A stretch of DNA of 54,284 nt, filler included, from Sphacelaria rigidula (Eukaryota): NCBI GenBank assembly GCA_964200075.2. It is 4 parts of 4 records of this genome, joined end to end, with 100 filler letters (N's around TTAATTAATTAA, not from the genome) between each part and the next. Parts side by side here need not be neighbours in the genome. Positions count along the whole stretch, not along the records: positions 27,195 to 40,689 come from CAXNAA020002846.1; positions 40,790 to 54,284 come from CAXNAA020002847.1; 2 more parts are not named here. The stretch is one strand, 5' to 3'. Both the position numbers and the translations under genes were made by a program. Below are positions 35,829-49,700 of this stretch, piece after piece. Within the stretch, counting starts at the first letter, position 1, and each line of letters opens with the position of its first letter. The notes beneath the pieces are model-generated. The model was not told the origin of the DNA and did not search any database. It was given only the letters and a program-made list of their open reading frames with translations.

Positions 35829-38555
35829 GGAGTTCCTTGCCATCTTGATCGATAGTACCGGCATACAACCAGCCCAACCCGAACTCGTCGCAGTTGCCAA
35901 GATACCACGCCCACGCACTGTCGAGGAACACGTTCGTTTCTACGACTCACCGGGTACCTTGGACAGTTTGTCGAGAAGTACAGCATCATAGCCTCCCCGC
36001 TGACCGACATTCTTAGCAACGAGGAGTTTGCCTCACGTCGTGCACAAAAGCTACTCATCCCGTTGGGTGATGACCAGGAAGCAGAGTTCCAGACACTCAA
36101 GTCTTTCTTAGCATCCGCAAAGATACTTGCTTTCCCCGACCTGAACAGCACGTTCGATTTGCAGATAGATGCTAGCACAGTGGGCGCTGGGGCCACCCTC
36201 CTGCAGCCAGTTGGAGACGAGTTTGACGTCGTCGCATTCGCGAGTGATCGGTTTTGACGTACAGATTCACGGAGAGGGAATGTATGGCCGTGATATGGGG
36301 GGTCCAACACTTTAGACCGTATCTAGCAGGTAGGAAGTTTAGATTAGTCACCGACTGTTCCGCACTGACACGGTTGTTTCGAAGTCGTGACCTGTGCCCC
36401 AAGTTGCACAAATGGGCTCTCCGACTCACGGAGTACGATATGGAACTCCGATGGCGAGGGAACCCAACACGTGCTACCTGATGCCATGTCCCGTCTCCAG
36501 TATCAACAGGAACTAGAAGACGACATAGACGACTAGTTCCCCCACGAAATCACCTCTGGCACACCATCGGAAGCCGCAGGGCCCCGCAGTCCACGACTGG
36601 ACGGTAAATGGTTGTCGGAGTTGTCAGCCTATGGCTTCACGAGAGACCAGATGGGTATATCCGGCTCGAGATACCTGGGCACCTCGCAAGCACACCCTTT
36701 CTCTGACTGTGCGTCAGTTGAAGACGAATCACCCAGTCGATCTCCCAGAATTCGCCGACCGCCCGTGCGCTCACAGTTCCCCGGCGCTGTTCGCGTAGTT
36801 ACCTTGCCCATAGATGTTAAGATGAATCTCCAGCGGCCGGTAGGTCTCACGCCTATTGAGGTCCCGTCGAAGCAGCCCACTCCCATCACCCCTGCTCCCA
36901 TCAGCGAGCGGGTGGAAGTGAAAGAGGTACTCACAGCTGGGGGGGATAGCCCTTCAACTCCGGGGGAAACCGTGGTGGACACATTGGCGGTCGAAATGGC
37001 AGTACAGATGTTGACAACCGCCCCCACGCTGAAATGCCAGCAGGAGGACGCCTGGTTGGGGCAGGTTAGATCGATACTGGGGGAGGATGATGTGCAGGGG
37101 GGAAATGAGGTGCACAGTACGGGTGATACGGAGGCCGAATGTACCGTGAGTGCCGACGAGGTGCAGGGGGGAAAGGAGGGGCCCAGGACGGCTGATAAAG
37201 ATGTCGAGAGTAGGGTGAGTGCCAGCGTTGCGCGAAAATATAGTCTGGACGAAAAAGGTGTGGCGTGGTTTACGAAGGACAGCGAGAAACCGTTGCTAGC
37301 GATTCCCACTGCTATGGTACTCGATATCTTGGCGTTGGAACACACCTTACATGGCCATGCTCGAGTAAGCGCCACGCTGTCTTTGATTCGCGATCACTAT
37401 TACTAGCCGTCGATGATCAAGGATAACAAGCAATACGTGTTCTCTTGCAGCTGTAGGAGGAGAAAAAAGGCAAGTAGCCGCAAGGTTGCAATGACCCCTG
37501 GACGAGCAGTGGACCCCTGGGAATAGTTGGAGATGGACTTGCCGAGCGTAGACAAGACATCGCTGACGAACAACAAGTTCATCCTCTTGATCGTAGATCG
37601 AGCCTCTAAATTCCCACTCGGTTTCCCCCTCCAGACGGAGCAGGTCAGAGGTGCAGCTCGCATCCTTGCCTACCCATGCTTGATATTCGGCGTGCCGCGG
37701 AGAATCTGCAGTGACAGAGGAAAGGAATTCAGAGCCGAGTTTGTGACGCTCCGGTGCAGATGGCTGAAAGCAGACATCGCTTCTGGACCCTCCGATCACC
37801 CCAGGGACCAAGGAGCAGTCGAGAGACTGGGGGGATGGCCGCTAGACATGTTGGCGGAGCTGTGTAACTCGTGGCCCCAGAGATGGGACGAGTACGTCTC
37901 TCCAGCACTCTGGATCAAGCGTACCTTGCCTGACGTTTCCCTACCCTCTGAAATGTCCCCGTTCGACGTCTTGTTCGGTCTTAAGCCGCGCACGTCTCTA
38001 GATTCACTCATTCCCCTATCCCACGAGACGGACGAGTAAAGTACTGGATACCTTCGTCGAGCAGCGCAAACAGAACCTCAGGGAAGTACGTCTAGCGCTG
38101 GAGAAGTGGCAGGCCGCAAAGGGGTCGACTCGGGCGAAAATGAACGCCTCTATCACGAGACCGTCCGCCGGGGTGTCTGCGAGAGAAGGAGATTTGGTCA
38201 TTGTACGCGAATCAGACAGCACGGTACACCGCGACGGCAAGGGGAGAAGAGTGCAACACGGAAGGTATACCAGCCCCTGGAAGGTAAAGGAAGTACTGAT
38301 GACAGGTCTTAGTGTAGAGGTTGTCATGCAGGGCCGTAAACTTCGCACACGCAGGGTAGCCGTCTCAGAGTTGCAGCCCTTCCATGTTTGCCCGCCACAC
38401 CTTGGGCACTCCATAGCTGACGAGTTTGCCCAACACGTATGGGGTTCAGAATGAAAGGTGATCATCACATCCCACCAAACTCCCGAGTTCGTTACCTTAG
38501 TAGATCGACGCGAAATATAGTCGACGACAGGCACGAAGCATTGGTGCGGAGTGCG

Positions 38556-38662
38556 AACCTGGTCCGGCGAAAACCCGGCGTGCTTCGTCCCGGCTTTGTA
38601 GGGATGCAATGTCAATGATCTTATGACTATGGCATGCATGATCATGAGTACCCCTCCCCCCG
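38556..38662 (+). mobile_element. LINE 3' end (second subfamily) truncating the gypsy element; another copy at ~45760-45855
   Basis: GAAAACCCGGCGTGCTTCGTCCCGGCTTTGTAGGGATGCAATGTCAATG...ATGAGTACCCCTCCCCCC. Confidence 0.75.
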
Positions 38663-40625
38663 GGGCTCGAAAGGAACACGACTCAGCCTCGCCGACCCTC
38701 TGTACGTCTATTCATCACCGTGTGCGCTACACTTCGCCTCAGGTGCACCAACAGCGGCGAACCTCGAGAGTGAGGCTGCCACGGATTACATCGCGGATGG
38801 ACGCAGACTATGTACACCGTAGGATGTAATGTTGGATCATTAAAGGATCGATTGTCCTTCACATTATGCGCCGGACATCTCTGTGCAATATCTGCACATG
38901 TACCCGCGGCGGCGGCGGTGGAGGGGTCGACGGGTGCGATTTCTTCTCGGCTTTTTCCCATAGAAATTCCGAGGATTTGTTGGGTATCAAACAACGCCGC
39001 CGCATCGTGCGTATTGATATGGGCGGTCGACATTTTTTCGAACGGTTTTCGACCTAAACTTCCCGCCGCTATGAAGGATACAGTGGTCATACCATCAGGG
39101 TATCGAGTGTTGAGCGCAAGTGTTCTTCCTGCGGACATTGTGCGTTTTGAAAGGGGTATAGGCACTTGTGCAGATTCCTCCGGTATGTTACTCCCTGGAA
39201 ATAGAAAAAATTCTGGCGCTGGATTGCGAGAGTCATGCGTTCCGTTAAAAAGAAAGGTATCATTGACGTGACCTCTTGCGATGTCATATCATGGTATTTT
39301 TTGGCTTCATTTTGTCTTCGGTGTGAATTTCGGGGATGTATGCAGTGAAGGTCTCGACCATAACGGGGCTGGTACCAGCTGGAAAAAATACGCGGTGACT
39401 GTTTTCCACCCGCGGTGGTCTATGTACGCGTTTCAGTTATTGCGGCACTGCAATATCCGAGAAACTTTATATTTAGTTCTTTACAAAGTCCGCCTAAATT
39501 CCTACCGTGAATTCTCGACCCCAAGGCCGCTTGTGATGTGCAAAAGATTCATGTTGTTAGTTTTTGGCATTTCGCTGTCGATTGTCAGCCAACAAGAGGG
39601 GTGGCCGGATGTTGGCACCTCCGCATGACAAGCTTTATTCGCCGATATCGTTCTAGAGGATCTTGATAACACCCGCAACACTTTGTGGCCGAATCCGCAC
39701 TCTCCATAACAGGGGCGGCGGTCACGTAACAAGAAAAATGAAGACCCGAGCACCTTTGCGTTTCGTGTACGTGACAGTTTCGTTTACGGTCGAAGTGGCC
39801 ATTCCAATCACAAACGACCAAGTTGTTGGAAACAGTTTCATTTTTTTTTTGTCAAAAATAAATTCGACTTTGTTTCGCTTCAAGTATGTTATTGAGTTGA
39901 CAGCTTCTTGTTGAGATAGCAATTTCGGCCACGAATAGAACCGTGACATAACCCTAAAACGGAAAAAGCGCTGTGGAACGGTACCAACGACGAGATCCAA
40001 TCGTTCCGAGGTGTCAACATCCGTCTACACCTCGTCTTCGGAATAAGTACCCATGGAAGGGCCAAACAGGCGATTTTCAACCAGATACTTTCATACACGC
40101 GACAAGTGGCCAAACAGAGATATGTTCCGTGGGTACAACAAAGAATTAAGAAAAAAAAGCGTTCGTTAATCCTGACCTTTGTGACGCCATCGACAGCGTA
40201 TTTCGCGTGGACACACATCTACACCGGGGTGCAGTTTCGAATATGCGCGATACCTCAGTCCGCAGTGCTTCTTGCTACAGACACCATTAGAACGAGACAC
40301 CAGTAAAACAAAAAACCAAACCATCGGAGGGTGAACAATTGCACCCAAGACCCGACTCGTTCGCGAACCCTGCACTTGTTGCCATCGTACTGGGTAGCGG
40401 GTGGCCGAAGGGGTGCGGATAGGACGGCGGAAACTCACCGCATCTGTGACATGCGGCGTAACCGCACCTCATGTATCTTTATCTTTCGACGGTTCAGTAC
40501 TGCATTTTCCACTTTTAAAGCGTTACTTGTGGATTTCTCCACCGTGTCTACACCAGCCGGCTTTAAACTTGGCACAGAGGTACAGCACAACACAAGACAG
40601 CATATACGCCGTTCGGCGGCACGTG

Positions 40626-40689
40626 ATGGGGGGGGCGTACTCATTTGTTGCTTGCCTTAGTCATTTGACCATTGACCACGCATCCCTTT
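40626..40689 (-). mobile_element. LINE 3' end at scaffold edge
   Basis: Minus strand AAAGGGATGCGTGGTCAATGGTCAAATGACTAAGGCAAGCAACAAATGAGTACG-(C)n. Confidence 0.85.
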
Positions 40690-40789
40690 NNNNNNNNNNN
40701 NNNNNNNNNNNNNNNNNNNNNNNNNNNNNNNNNTTAATTAATTAANNNNNNNNNNNNNNNNNNNNNNNNNNNNNNNNNNNNNNNNNNNN
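40690..40789. other. Artificial scaffold linker
   Basis: N44-TTAATTAATTAA-N44. Confidence 0.97.
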
Positions 40790-43141
40790 ACTTTTGGTCC
40801 ACGTACACCCCAATATTGACCAATTTTGGACGTTTTTAGGTGAAACACGAGCGATTACATGCTGAAAATATGTTTGATGGGGCGTACGTACGTTAACGTC
40901 ACGTGGGTATCCAAAATCAATGGTTCTTTTGCGATTTTCACGGTTTTTTCACGGTTTTTCGCGATTTTTCGTGTTCCCGGATCCCCCATGCTTACTGGGG
41001 AAAAAAGCGAAAAATCGCCGTTTTTTGGCTGACCTACTTTTTCTCGATCGTGAGACTGCTCAACCACATTGTGGAAAGAGTGTTGTGTTTAGCTCAAAAA
41101 ACGCCAACGAATGCAATAAAAGAATCGAAAATCAAATCGGACACCGTTAAGGGCTCGTATAAACATAACGGACTTTACTTATGGGACAGAGGAAGTACAT
41201 AAACATCTTCCTTCATGTACCGGAGCTATTGGGCACAAACATGCACCGTCGTCACCCCCACTGGATACCTCTATGCTGATTATATCGGGCTGTCGATTTC
41301 CCATCCAAGTATCATTAATACAATATTGTTTTTTATCCGATACAGTCGCCAAATGTCGAGATTGTCAGACGTGCACGCCCGTGGGAAGTTCGGATATGGC
41401 ACGTGTTGGTTACTCCGCTGTCTCTTGCACATTCACACACTAGTACGAACGTCAGTACAAACAGCTGCAAACACACAAATCGTCGGTAGTACACCGCCAC
41501 TAAGTCTGCTCCTACTAACGCGCACACACATCATCGGCTCGACCGTGAGCTGAGACAAAAACACTTTTACTTTGCATCCCGTTACTTCAGATCCACTTGT
41601 TGCTTCTTCATGCCGTTGATGACTCCTCTATATCTGCACGGACGGTGCAATAGACACCACAAGCAACAGCATGTCCATGCCTATGGAGTTTTATGGCCTA
41701 GCACTACGGTACCTGCTGTCAAAACCCGGATTCACGTCCAGCAGCAAGGGAGGACTGATGCGCAAAGATCCCAGGGACTCGCACCACATGTGGCCTTTTA
41801 TTTGATGGACGAAACTCGTCGTATGTCCGGTCTCAATGAAAATTTGCTGTTGATTCGGCTGATGGTGCTGAGTGGACAAGGAGCGTAACAGTCCTTCGGG
41901 ACCCAATAATTGTGACGAGCAAGTCGGGAGGTTTACAATAGAGGGGGCTTGAGGGGGGTTGTTGTTGGTAGAGCAGCGTGTTTGCTTACATGACCAGGAT
42001 CATACCATTCGACAGGGGATCCTAGGAAATGAAACTTTTTTTTCATGAGGACGATGCTTTTGGAGGGGGGGCTCGAGATCAGGCGGAAAAGTACCTTAGG
42101 CCGTGTTTTATCGAGACAAAAAAAGAAGCGAGAAACGAATCAAGCCCCCAAAAGCATCATAATCATATTTATTGGTCACCGCAACCATAGACCCGCGCGA
42201 CGATCAATCGACATGATCATGGTGCTTTTGACACTTATTTCCTCTCTCGCTTCTTTCTTGCCTCGACGAGACAGGGCTACTACCCCCCCCCGTCTCTCCT
42301 TCCTCCTCCCCTCCGGGCGAGCCGGCCTGTTTTTTTCCACTCGACCTCAATATTCCCACTCTCGTCTTCGTTTCTTTGCTCCCCCCCGGTCGCTGTGCAC
42401 CTTTGACAGTGGTCGGGGTTGTGCGAAGTGGTACCCCCCTACAGCATCGCGCTTTGAATGAGCCACATTTTGTTGGCGTTTCTGTGCTGTTTGCCTTCTG
42501 CTTCCGAAGGTACTCTCGAGGGGCATGGACGTGCTCCGAACGGTAGGGTGTGAGGCGTGTACATGAAACGATCATCTCATCACGGTGAAATGTGTGTGGA
42601 AATGGTACCCAGCTGAGGTTTCGCTGAGTAGCCCCGCAACCTGCTGGCACTGCTCTTTACCATGAGATGGTACTCGTTCATGTACTCGTAAGGTGCCTGC
42701 GGCCAATACATCCGCCTCCCTCGTATAGACAAAGCAACTCGAAGAGGGCATACGTGGAATAGGTCCCTCGACCGTAAAAAAAATGTTCGCCAAGTCCACA
42801 GGCGTGGTCTCCCCGGCACTGTATTGTATTGCTTGTTAGTGCGTTCGCTCAATTTTTTTTGTATCCCAGTTATTGGCTTTGCGAGTCGAACACGACAAAT
42901 TTCATCCAAGCAATCCAGAAAGAGTTTTGGAAGAGTGTGGTTTGTGTTCCTCACCCCTGTGAGTGGGGGAACCGCGGTATTCTCAAATCTGGACCCTGAC
43001 TTTGACCCCGCATAGCGTACCGTACACATCAAGGGCCTACATCCTGGCAAGCAGCCCGTATCAGTCCCGAGTAGTGCAGGGCACAGTAGTACATCATGTC
43101 TACTATCTATTGGTCTATTTTACCACACAAGTGACGGTTCG

Positions 43142-43738
43142 TCATCGTACCGACCCACCCAACACCGCAGGGGGTGACCCCATCGCGGGCATCTTGATGG
43201 GCCGCTGCAACATACCGCTAACCTTCCGCATTTGCGTCAACCTGGATACAACTCCTCTCAGCAACCTCACTTTCTCCTGTCTGAAAACCGACAACATGAG
43301 CCTTTGATCATCGTCTAACCCTAGCCCGTCCAAATCTCCATCCAGACCGTCGGCGGTCGGATCTTCCGCCACCGCACACGCCACACCGGCGTCGCCCCAT
43401 GCATCCGCCTCCATTGCGGTATATTTCATTATCAACTCGAACGCATCGATTTCCGACCCGAGCGATACCGGAGCAGCAAACCGTGCCAGGTCAGCTTCCG
43501 TCCCATTCCACCGCGGTGGCGGCGGCGGTGACTCGTCAACTCCACCCGATTCCCCAGTATGCTCTTGTCCGGAGGAGGACGGTGATCCTCCGTCGCAGCA
43601 CACTATCCGCATTGCCTGCATCGTGATCGGGTGTACCGCGTCGCGGAGGAGAACGCCTTTTCGCAAGTAACGCCATACCTCCCTCGCCGCTGGGCACGAC
43701 AGCAGTCGGGTTACCAGCCCAGTAGTAAGTAACCCGTC
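43142..43738 (-). CDS. SET/LSMT-like gene exon 4 (terminal)
   Basis: Acceptor CACGCAG|GAC GGG TTA, phase 0, in frame with ORF 43142-43666; helical C-terminus LSVFRQEKVRLLR. Confidence 0.8.
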   Translation of the reverse strand, partial: DGLLTTGLVTRLLSCPAAREVWRYLRKGVLLRDAVHPITMQAMRIVCCDGGSPSSSGQEHTGESGGVDESPPPPPRWNGTEADLARFAAPVSLGSEIDAFELIMKYTAMEADAWGDAGVACAVAEDPTADGLDGDLDGLGLDDDQRLMLSVFRQEKVRLLRGVVSRLTQMRKVSGMLQRPIKMPAMGSPPAVLGGSVR

Positions 43739-46700
43739 CTGCGTGGGTGGCGGTATAAGTGTGTTTTAGTGTCAGGGTGCCGATACGTTACGCAGGAAAG
43801 ACGTCCCCACGAAGGTGGAACGGCCTCCTCCTCATGGCTTCGTCGACTTGTAGAAGTCTGAGGTTAGTGCGCGAGCTGTGCGCCGGATTCATGGGCGCAA
43901 CCACAGTGTCTTCGTGGACGAAGCGAACATGGCACCACAGCAACCATACCAAGTAACGTGGTGCGAGCTCCGTCTTGCCATCACATCGTCGGGTGTTTCA
44001 ATCATCCGCGATATACGCGCGGTACACTCTAGATTGTACCAATTTCACGCACACTGTAGGATGGTACAGTGCCATACACGAAAATATCGAGTGCGTTATT
44101 TCAACAAAAGGAAAAAATCCATCAGCGAGGAAAAGCGACGGTAGCGACCGTGGACTTCTGCCGTGGTGACTGTAGGTCGGTATATCCATAACCCAATTTA
44201 ACCTTCAATAACGGTCCATGTACTGAGGTTGAAAATAACGTTGTATCTTCTGCCTTGATTATGGAATGGCCTCTTCTCCTCACCTTTCGCAGAACTTTCC
44301 CCAGGTCTTGCATGACGTATGTGTCAGAGGGATTTTGCCTCTCAACAAAGCAGTAGTACTGCAGGAGGTCATCGTTCGACACCATACCGTAGGATAGAAA
44401 TGCGTGGTCTCCGGGGTCGAGGTGCGCACCCACTGGAAAAACAAGCAGACGAAAGGGGGCACCACGCTTAGCTTGTTACGCTCACACTTCAATCACGGCA
44501 AGCCGACGAGGAAAAATCCATATTTCTGCCCATTCTAACAGAATGGCACAAGGTGCTGGTTGATGTAGGTCATCGATCACGGAACGATTCATACATCGTA
44601 GCGAATCATTATATCGCCACACAGATACGCCGGCTGGACGAATCTTTTCATCAGGGTTTGCCACCGCCCGGACTACCTCGACACCTTGCCCCTGCGATCG
44701 ATGGATCGGGGGTACATTTCACTTACCCGCGACGCTGATCGCCTTGCCGTCCTCTTCCCAGTACATTGTCGTGGGCATTCGGCTGTAGTGGTTCAAAGAA
44801 TCGATCACAGGCAAGAGTGCCATCCGCACATCGTCAGGCGCCGGCGGCTGTACTTCCGGCGCCCGGGTTGGCACGTCATCGGCGTCACCATCCCCGAAAG
44901 AGGGCCTCCGCGCTGTGTCCGGCGGCAGCTGAAACGCACGACTGAGGACACACTCCAAGGCCCAATCGAACGCTGCCGAGTCAGACAGGGAACCGATCAA
45001 TAGCTGGACATCGGTGGGCTCCCCGGCCCCGTTGCCGTTGTTCTTGGTAGTGGGGCGAGTCGCATCCGCCAGCAGGAATTTTCTGAAACCTGACGGCAAA
45101 AGGGTACCGAAAGCACACCACATGTGAGAGCCGTTTTTCGCAATCACTCCAAAAAAAGCAAAACAGATTTAACCCTTGCACGGCGAGAGTAGGTCATCTG
45201 TTGAATCGGCATCAATTTCACTTGAGAAAACTATGCATGGTCCAGATGGACTACCCTCGCGGTTCAAGGGTTGAGGATCAAGAGAAGGCGGATAGTCTTG
45301 CCAACAACACGCGGGATTCCTGGTGCAGCACTCAAGTGATGAGCACAAGACACGCTGAGGCTCGTGTGCTGGTAGCTGATGGCGATCTGGAGGCTGTGCA
45401 TTCGACTCACCACAGTTCTTCCGATAACTCGCCTATTGAATACGCTCGCCTCACGCACAAAAATCAAAAATCGTCCAGGAAACGCGAATAACTCAAAGCT
45501 TTGTGCCATATGAAATAAAACAAATGAAACTGCGATATCCAAAAATAGCACGTATTGTTTGGCATGATCGTACGCCAAAGGGTACAGAAATACAGAGTAT
45601 AAGGGGTCTCAACCACTTTGGGCGCGAGGCCGTGACAACTGATGGCAAAGAGGCCACTGCACATACGAGCCCGAAAACATGCCACAATGCCTAGAAGATT
45701 TATGTCTACGATGTTATACGCTACTGCATATCGGCTGAATATCCCGCCCACCCTACCACCCCTCGGCGCGCTCCTTCCCGGCTTTGTAGGGATGCGAGGT
45801 CAATGGCCATATCACTACGGCATGCAAGACCATAAGTACACCCTACCCCTCCCTTCCGCCATGGAAATTTTGAACAGTCACGTTCTTCCGAGAGACGGTC
45901 CCGCGCCAAGTTTTCTGACCCTTTGGGTGCGAGACTGCCTGTCGGAACAGTACCGCCGGTTGCCTGTGAGCCCTTTGACCGCGAGGGTAAATGATCTGTT
46001 GAATCGGAATCATGTTCACACTAAAATTTTACTTCTTCGGCGTGCGGCGTTTTGGCCTGACGCCATGCTGCAGGGAGTCGGCCTTCTAAGCTATATTTAC
46101 AGTACTCTAAGTTTCATTACATTTTTGCTGACTCTTCTCCGTTCCTTACCCTGCGTTTTTCTGCTCATCTTATTTTTCTTGTCCTCTTTTTTATTTTACT
46201 CCGATTTTTCCGTTCTATCTTGATTTTTTTCTCATTCTGATTTGTATATAGCGCGAGCGTTCCCATGTTGTTCACCTTGAAAACGTCTATCTTGCGACCG
46301 CAGCAAAGTCCTTCGGGGATCAGTTAATATGCGACAATCAATCAAATCAACACCTAGATCGCCCACCCTGGCGGTAGAAGGGTTCACCTTTCACCATCCG
46401 GATCTCTGGTTGGACGCTCAAGGGGAGATCTTTCCGAGGTGGGTTCGCAATAGTTGTTGTTGGTAGAGGTACAACGCCTACATAAAGAAGACATTACCAC
46501 GCATATGCCGCGCGCCATAGGTACTCACGCATAGGCCACGGCCAGCAGCAGCACACTGCCATCTCGGTACAGCAAAGTAGTAACGGTGATCGCTCCAGGA
46601 GTAAATGTGGCCACCCATAGAACAACGTGCCAGCACCCACAAAAGGATGACGCAGGGACGAAAATTACAGGCAACTTCGTCTCTCAACCAGGGCAAAAGG

Positions 46701-49700
46701 CTGCTGCATGCCCCTTTGTAATACCTTCAGATTCCGTAATTTCTGCTGACCGCCCGTATATCCTAGTATCCATGTAAGAGGTGTCTTGACCGAAAGAAAA
46801 ACGACATCGGAATCGCGATCGCCATCGCGTTCGGTTTTCGACGTTGCAACTGGGTCCAACACCCAACACCCAACGACGAACATATCACAGCCGATCCAAG
46901 GCCTTCACATGCCTGACCAAGAGACTTGCATTGCACCCGAAACAGGGCTCGACAGCTCTGAGGATAGCTCTTGATCAACTAGTATGGCATGCTTGCTTCG
47001 ACTTTGATACCTCACGAAACGAGGTTGCGACGGATGTTTTCGCAAAACTCAACATGATGCCAAAACTGTACAGTTTGGGGCGAAAGAAACACCCAGCTGT
47101 TTGCACACAACGTTGATGCTCGCCCAACGCGGAGGCAAACGCAATCCGTCAATAATCAACCTGTATTCTAGTGGAGCCAACCCATCTACGGATGCGTGCG
47201 CACTATATCTGGGTGACTGTACAGTATGCGATGCTTCATGGCCTGAAACAATAAGGGTACAATTTCTGCATTTAGACATATGTTGCCACGCATCGTCACA
47301 TCTTCAGGTCGGTATTTCGCCACCATGTTCCCGATCTGTCCTTTCTGTGGCGCCTTTCGACAAAAACCAAAAACCGAAATCAACTATTCGATCTCGGGTA
47401 GATGTTTGGATCTTCCCAGGACCCCAAATATCGAAATCAGTTCTGTTGCGGTTCAGAGCAGCGGGCCAATCATAGTGCCGTATTCATTTTCGATTTTCGA
47501 TTGAAAGTTTTCTTGGCAAGACAGGCCCTACAGGAGCCACCCTAGCTCGACTCTTACGGTAGGCGATCTGGACATGAAGCATCTATGGTCCGATCGGTTT
47601 GCCAGATCACCTGGGCAACTCTCATGGATTTTGGTGATGTTATCGTGAAATAGTTGGCCTTGTCAGACACATCACCGGTGCATAAATACGGTTGCACCAG
47701 AAAACTTCGGTGGTTTTCAAAACTTACCTCGGGACGGGTATGATATGTGCGACTAGGTCTTGTTCAAAACCACGAGGATCACAACAACGCTTCGACCAGA
47801 GTCAGCATGGCTGGAACGGCCTTGCTTCCACCCACATATTCCGAAAGTTCTGTTCGATCCTCCAGTGTTGCACGAGTTATGCCCACAAATATTATCACAA
47901 ACAGAAAATGTTGCGCGGTGCAGATCATCACGGTCATTTGACATTACTTGTTGTCACGTTTTTTTTTCGTAACTCGACATCCGCGATCTCGTTGTGGGCG
48001 AATCTAGATTGTCTCCGCGGCCACTTGTTGGCAACACGTGGCTTGCGCAAGCCACGTCTCCTTTTCGCTGTACACCAAGTCGTGCGCCCAAATGACGCCG
48101 CGATACCGATGCAGCAATCAAGGGTGTAACCGTCAATATGGCGACTAAACGCCTCTTCAACGGCCATGTCCAAGGTCTAGGGGGCCAAGTCTGTGAGTAA
48201 TACCAGGCTGAGATCACCTGAATTTCTCGGAACAGAAATAAGGAATAATCTCAAATGGTATGCTTCGAGCGGATCACTCTTAAGAGGCCACAAGAATAAT
48301 GATATTATTTCAATATAGAATGCGGCGTGGAAAGACTGCCAGGCCAATCAGACACAAGTCCAGCGGCATTGATGTGCCAGCGTTGGCAACGTGTGCTCGA
48401 CATTTCAACGCATACCCCGGGACCTACAGACTCTCATGAATGACGAGTGACACTTTCAGAGGTAGCCACAGTCCACTGCGGTTCAAGACACTTTTCTTCA
48501 GTGGCGTTGGTGGGATATTGAACGAGCCGTGGTCATCAACGTCAAAGTTTGACACGATATTTTTCAAAATAGAAAACTCGGTAGGTATGAAGTGACGCTT
48601 TTGTCCCAGGAAAGATAATGCTTCTTCAGTTCGTGACCGATTTGTCGTTGTCGATGAAGTCAGTGGGATCTACGTAGATGCGGGGGGATGAGGCTGATGT
48701 GTGGTTCTTTGCAGTCATGTTTGTGTGCGTGAAGATGCAGTAGACGTGCACGGTAGTCGTCAGCTGTGCGCCGCCCCGCCTTTTTCACTCGTCTTCAGCA
48801 ACCCACCCCTTAGTCTCAGCTCTAGTTGGGCACTTTCTAACCATAAAACATAACAGCATTTATGCTAGACGCGACGATATATTGTGGAAAAGCTGTGCTG
48901 GCGGAAGCGGAAGGAAAGTAATGCTGGCGAAAATGCTGACGAAGTCGGAAGTGGCGGAAAACGTGAGCGCTCACTGGCTTCAAAGGTGAAACATCCGCTT
49001 CTTGAACAAAACGTGTGGGGTTCGATTCCCGGCATGATCAATCCGACGCGGAATGGTGCTGGCGGTGTAGTCGACAAGTGTGAGCTGACTGAGATGGTTA
49101 CCGCGGGGGCAGCTCGCTCGGAGGCAGGAAATGGTGCCATCATGATGATTGAGGACGAGCTAGCCCACCACAAGATTTTTGCCTAGCAGCGGAAACGGAA
49201 GATGAACGAATAGGACAGCCTCAGTTCGGCTTGTGTTCTACGATTGGTTTGCACATGAGGCTTCGAAAAATGTCCCCTGAATGCAGGAGAGGTTGGAAAA
49301 TCACAGAATATTGAAGCATGGTCAAGCGCAATGCACGCTCAATCCAACGATCAAACAAATGCAGGAGGAACTTCACCTGCGGGTACGATCCCAGAGGGGG
49401 CAAACGTGATCACGGTGAAATGAGTTTTCAATGGGAAAGCGGACGCTGGGGGCTTGACCATAGAGGCTCAATCTGGACTTGTGGCACAAGGGTTTGGACA
49501 AGGTTTTGTCGTAGATCATTTGCGAGATTTTTGCGGAAACCCCATCCATATCATCGATCAAACTCATCATAACAGTGCCAGTACAAGAAGGGTGGCCTCT
49601 GTACCGTTTTGATGTAACACGAGCCTGTCACAACAGATATGGGTACGAACGTGTACATGAAAATCCCAGATGGATACGGTAAAAATACGTGGAATAGGCA

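Larger units (their letters stand above)
31430..38555 (+). mobile_element. Degenerate Ty3/gypsy LTR retrotransposon internal region (gag-PR-RT-RNaseH-IN); LTRs not recognised
   Basis: Protease VLLDTGA (33641-33661) and LILG..F...SLDF. RT LRLCIDxRALNK, LDLASGFH, SWLDDILI. RNase H IDASTVGAGA, ERECMAVIW, VTDCSAL. Integrase HTLHGH..CSC, EMD, SDRGKEF, QGAVER. The domain order is the gypsy order; many stops and frameshifts. Confidence 0.93.
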
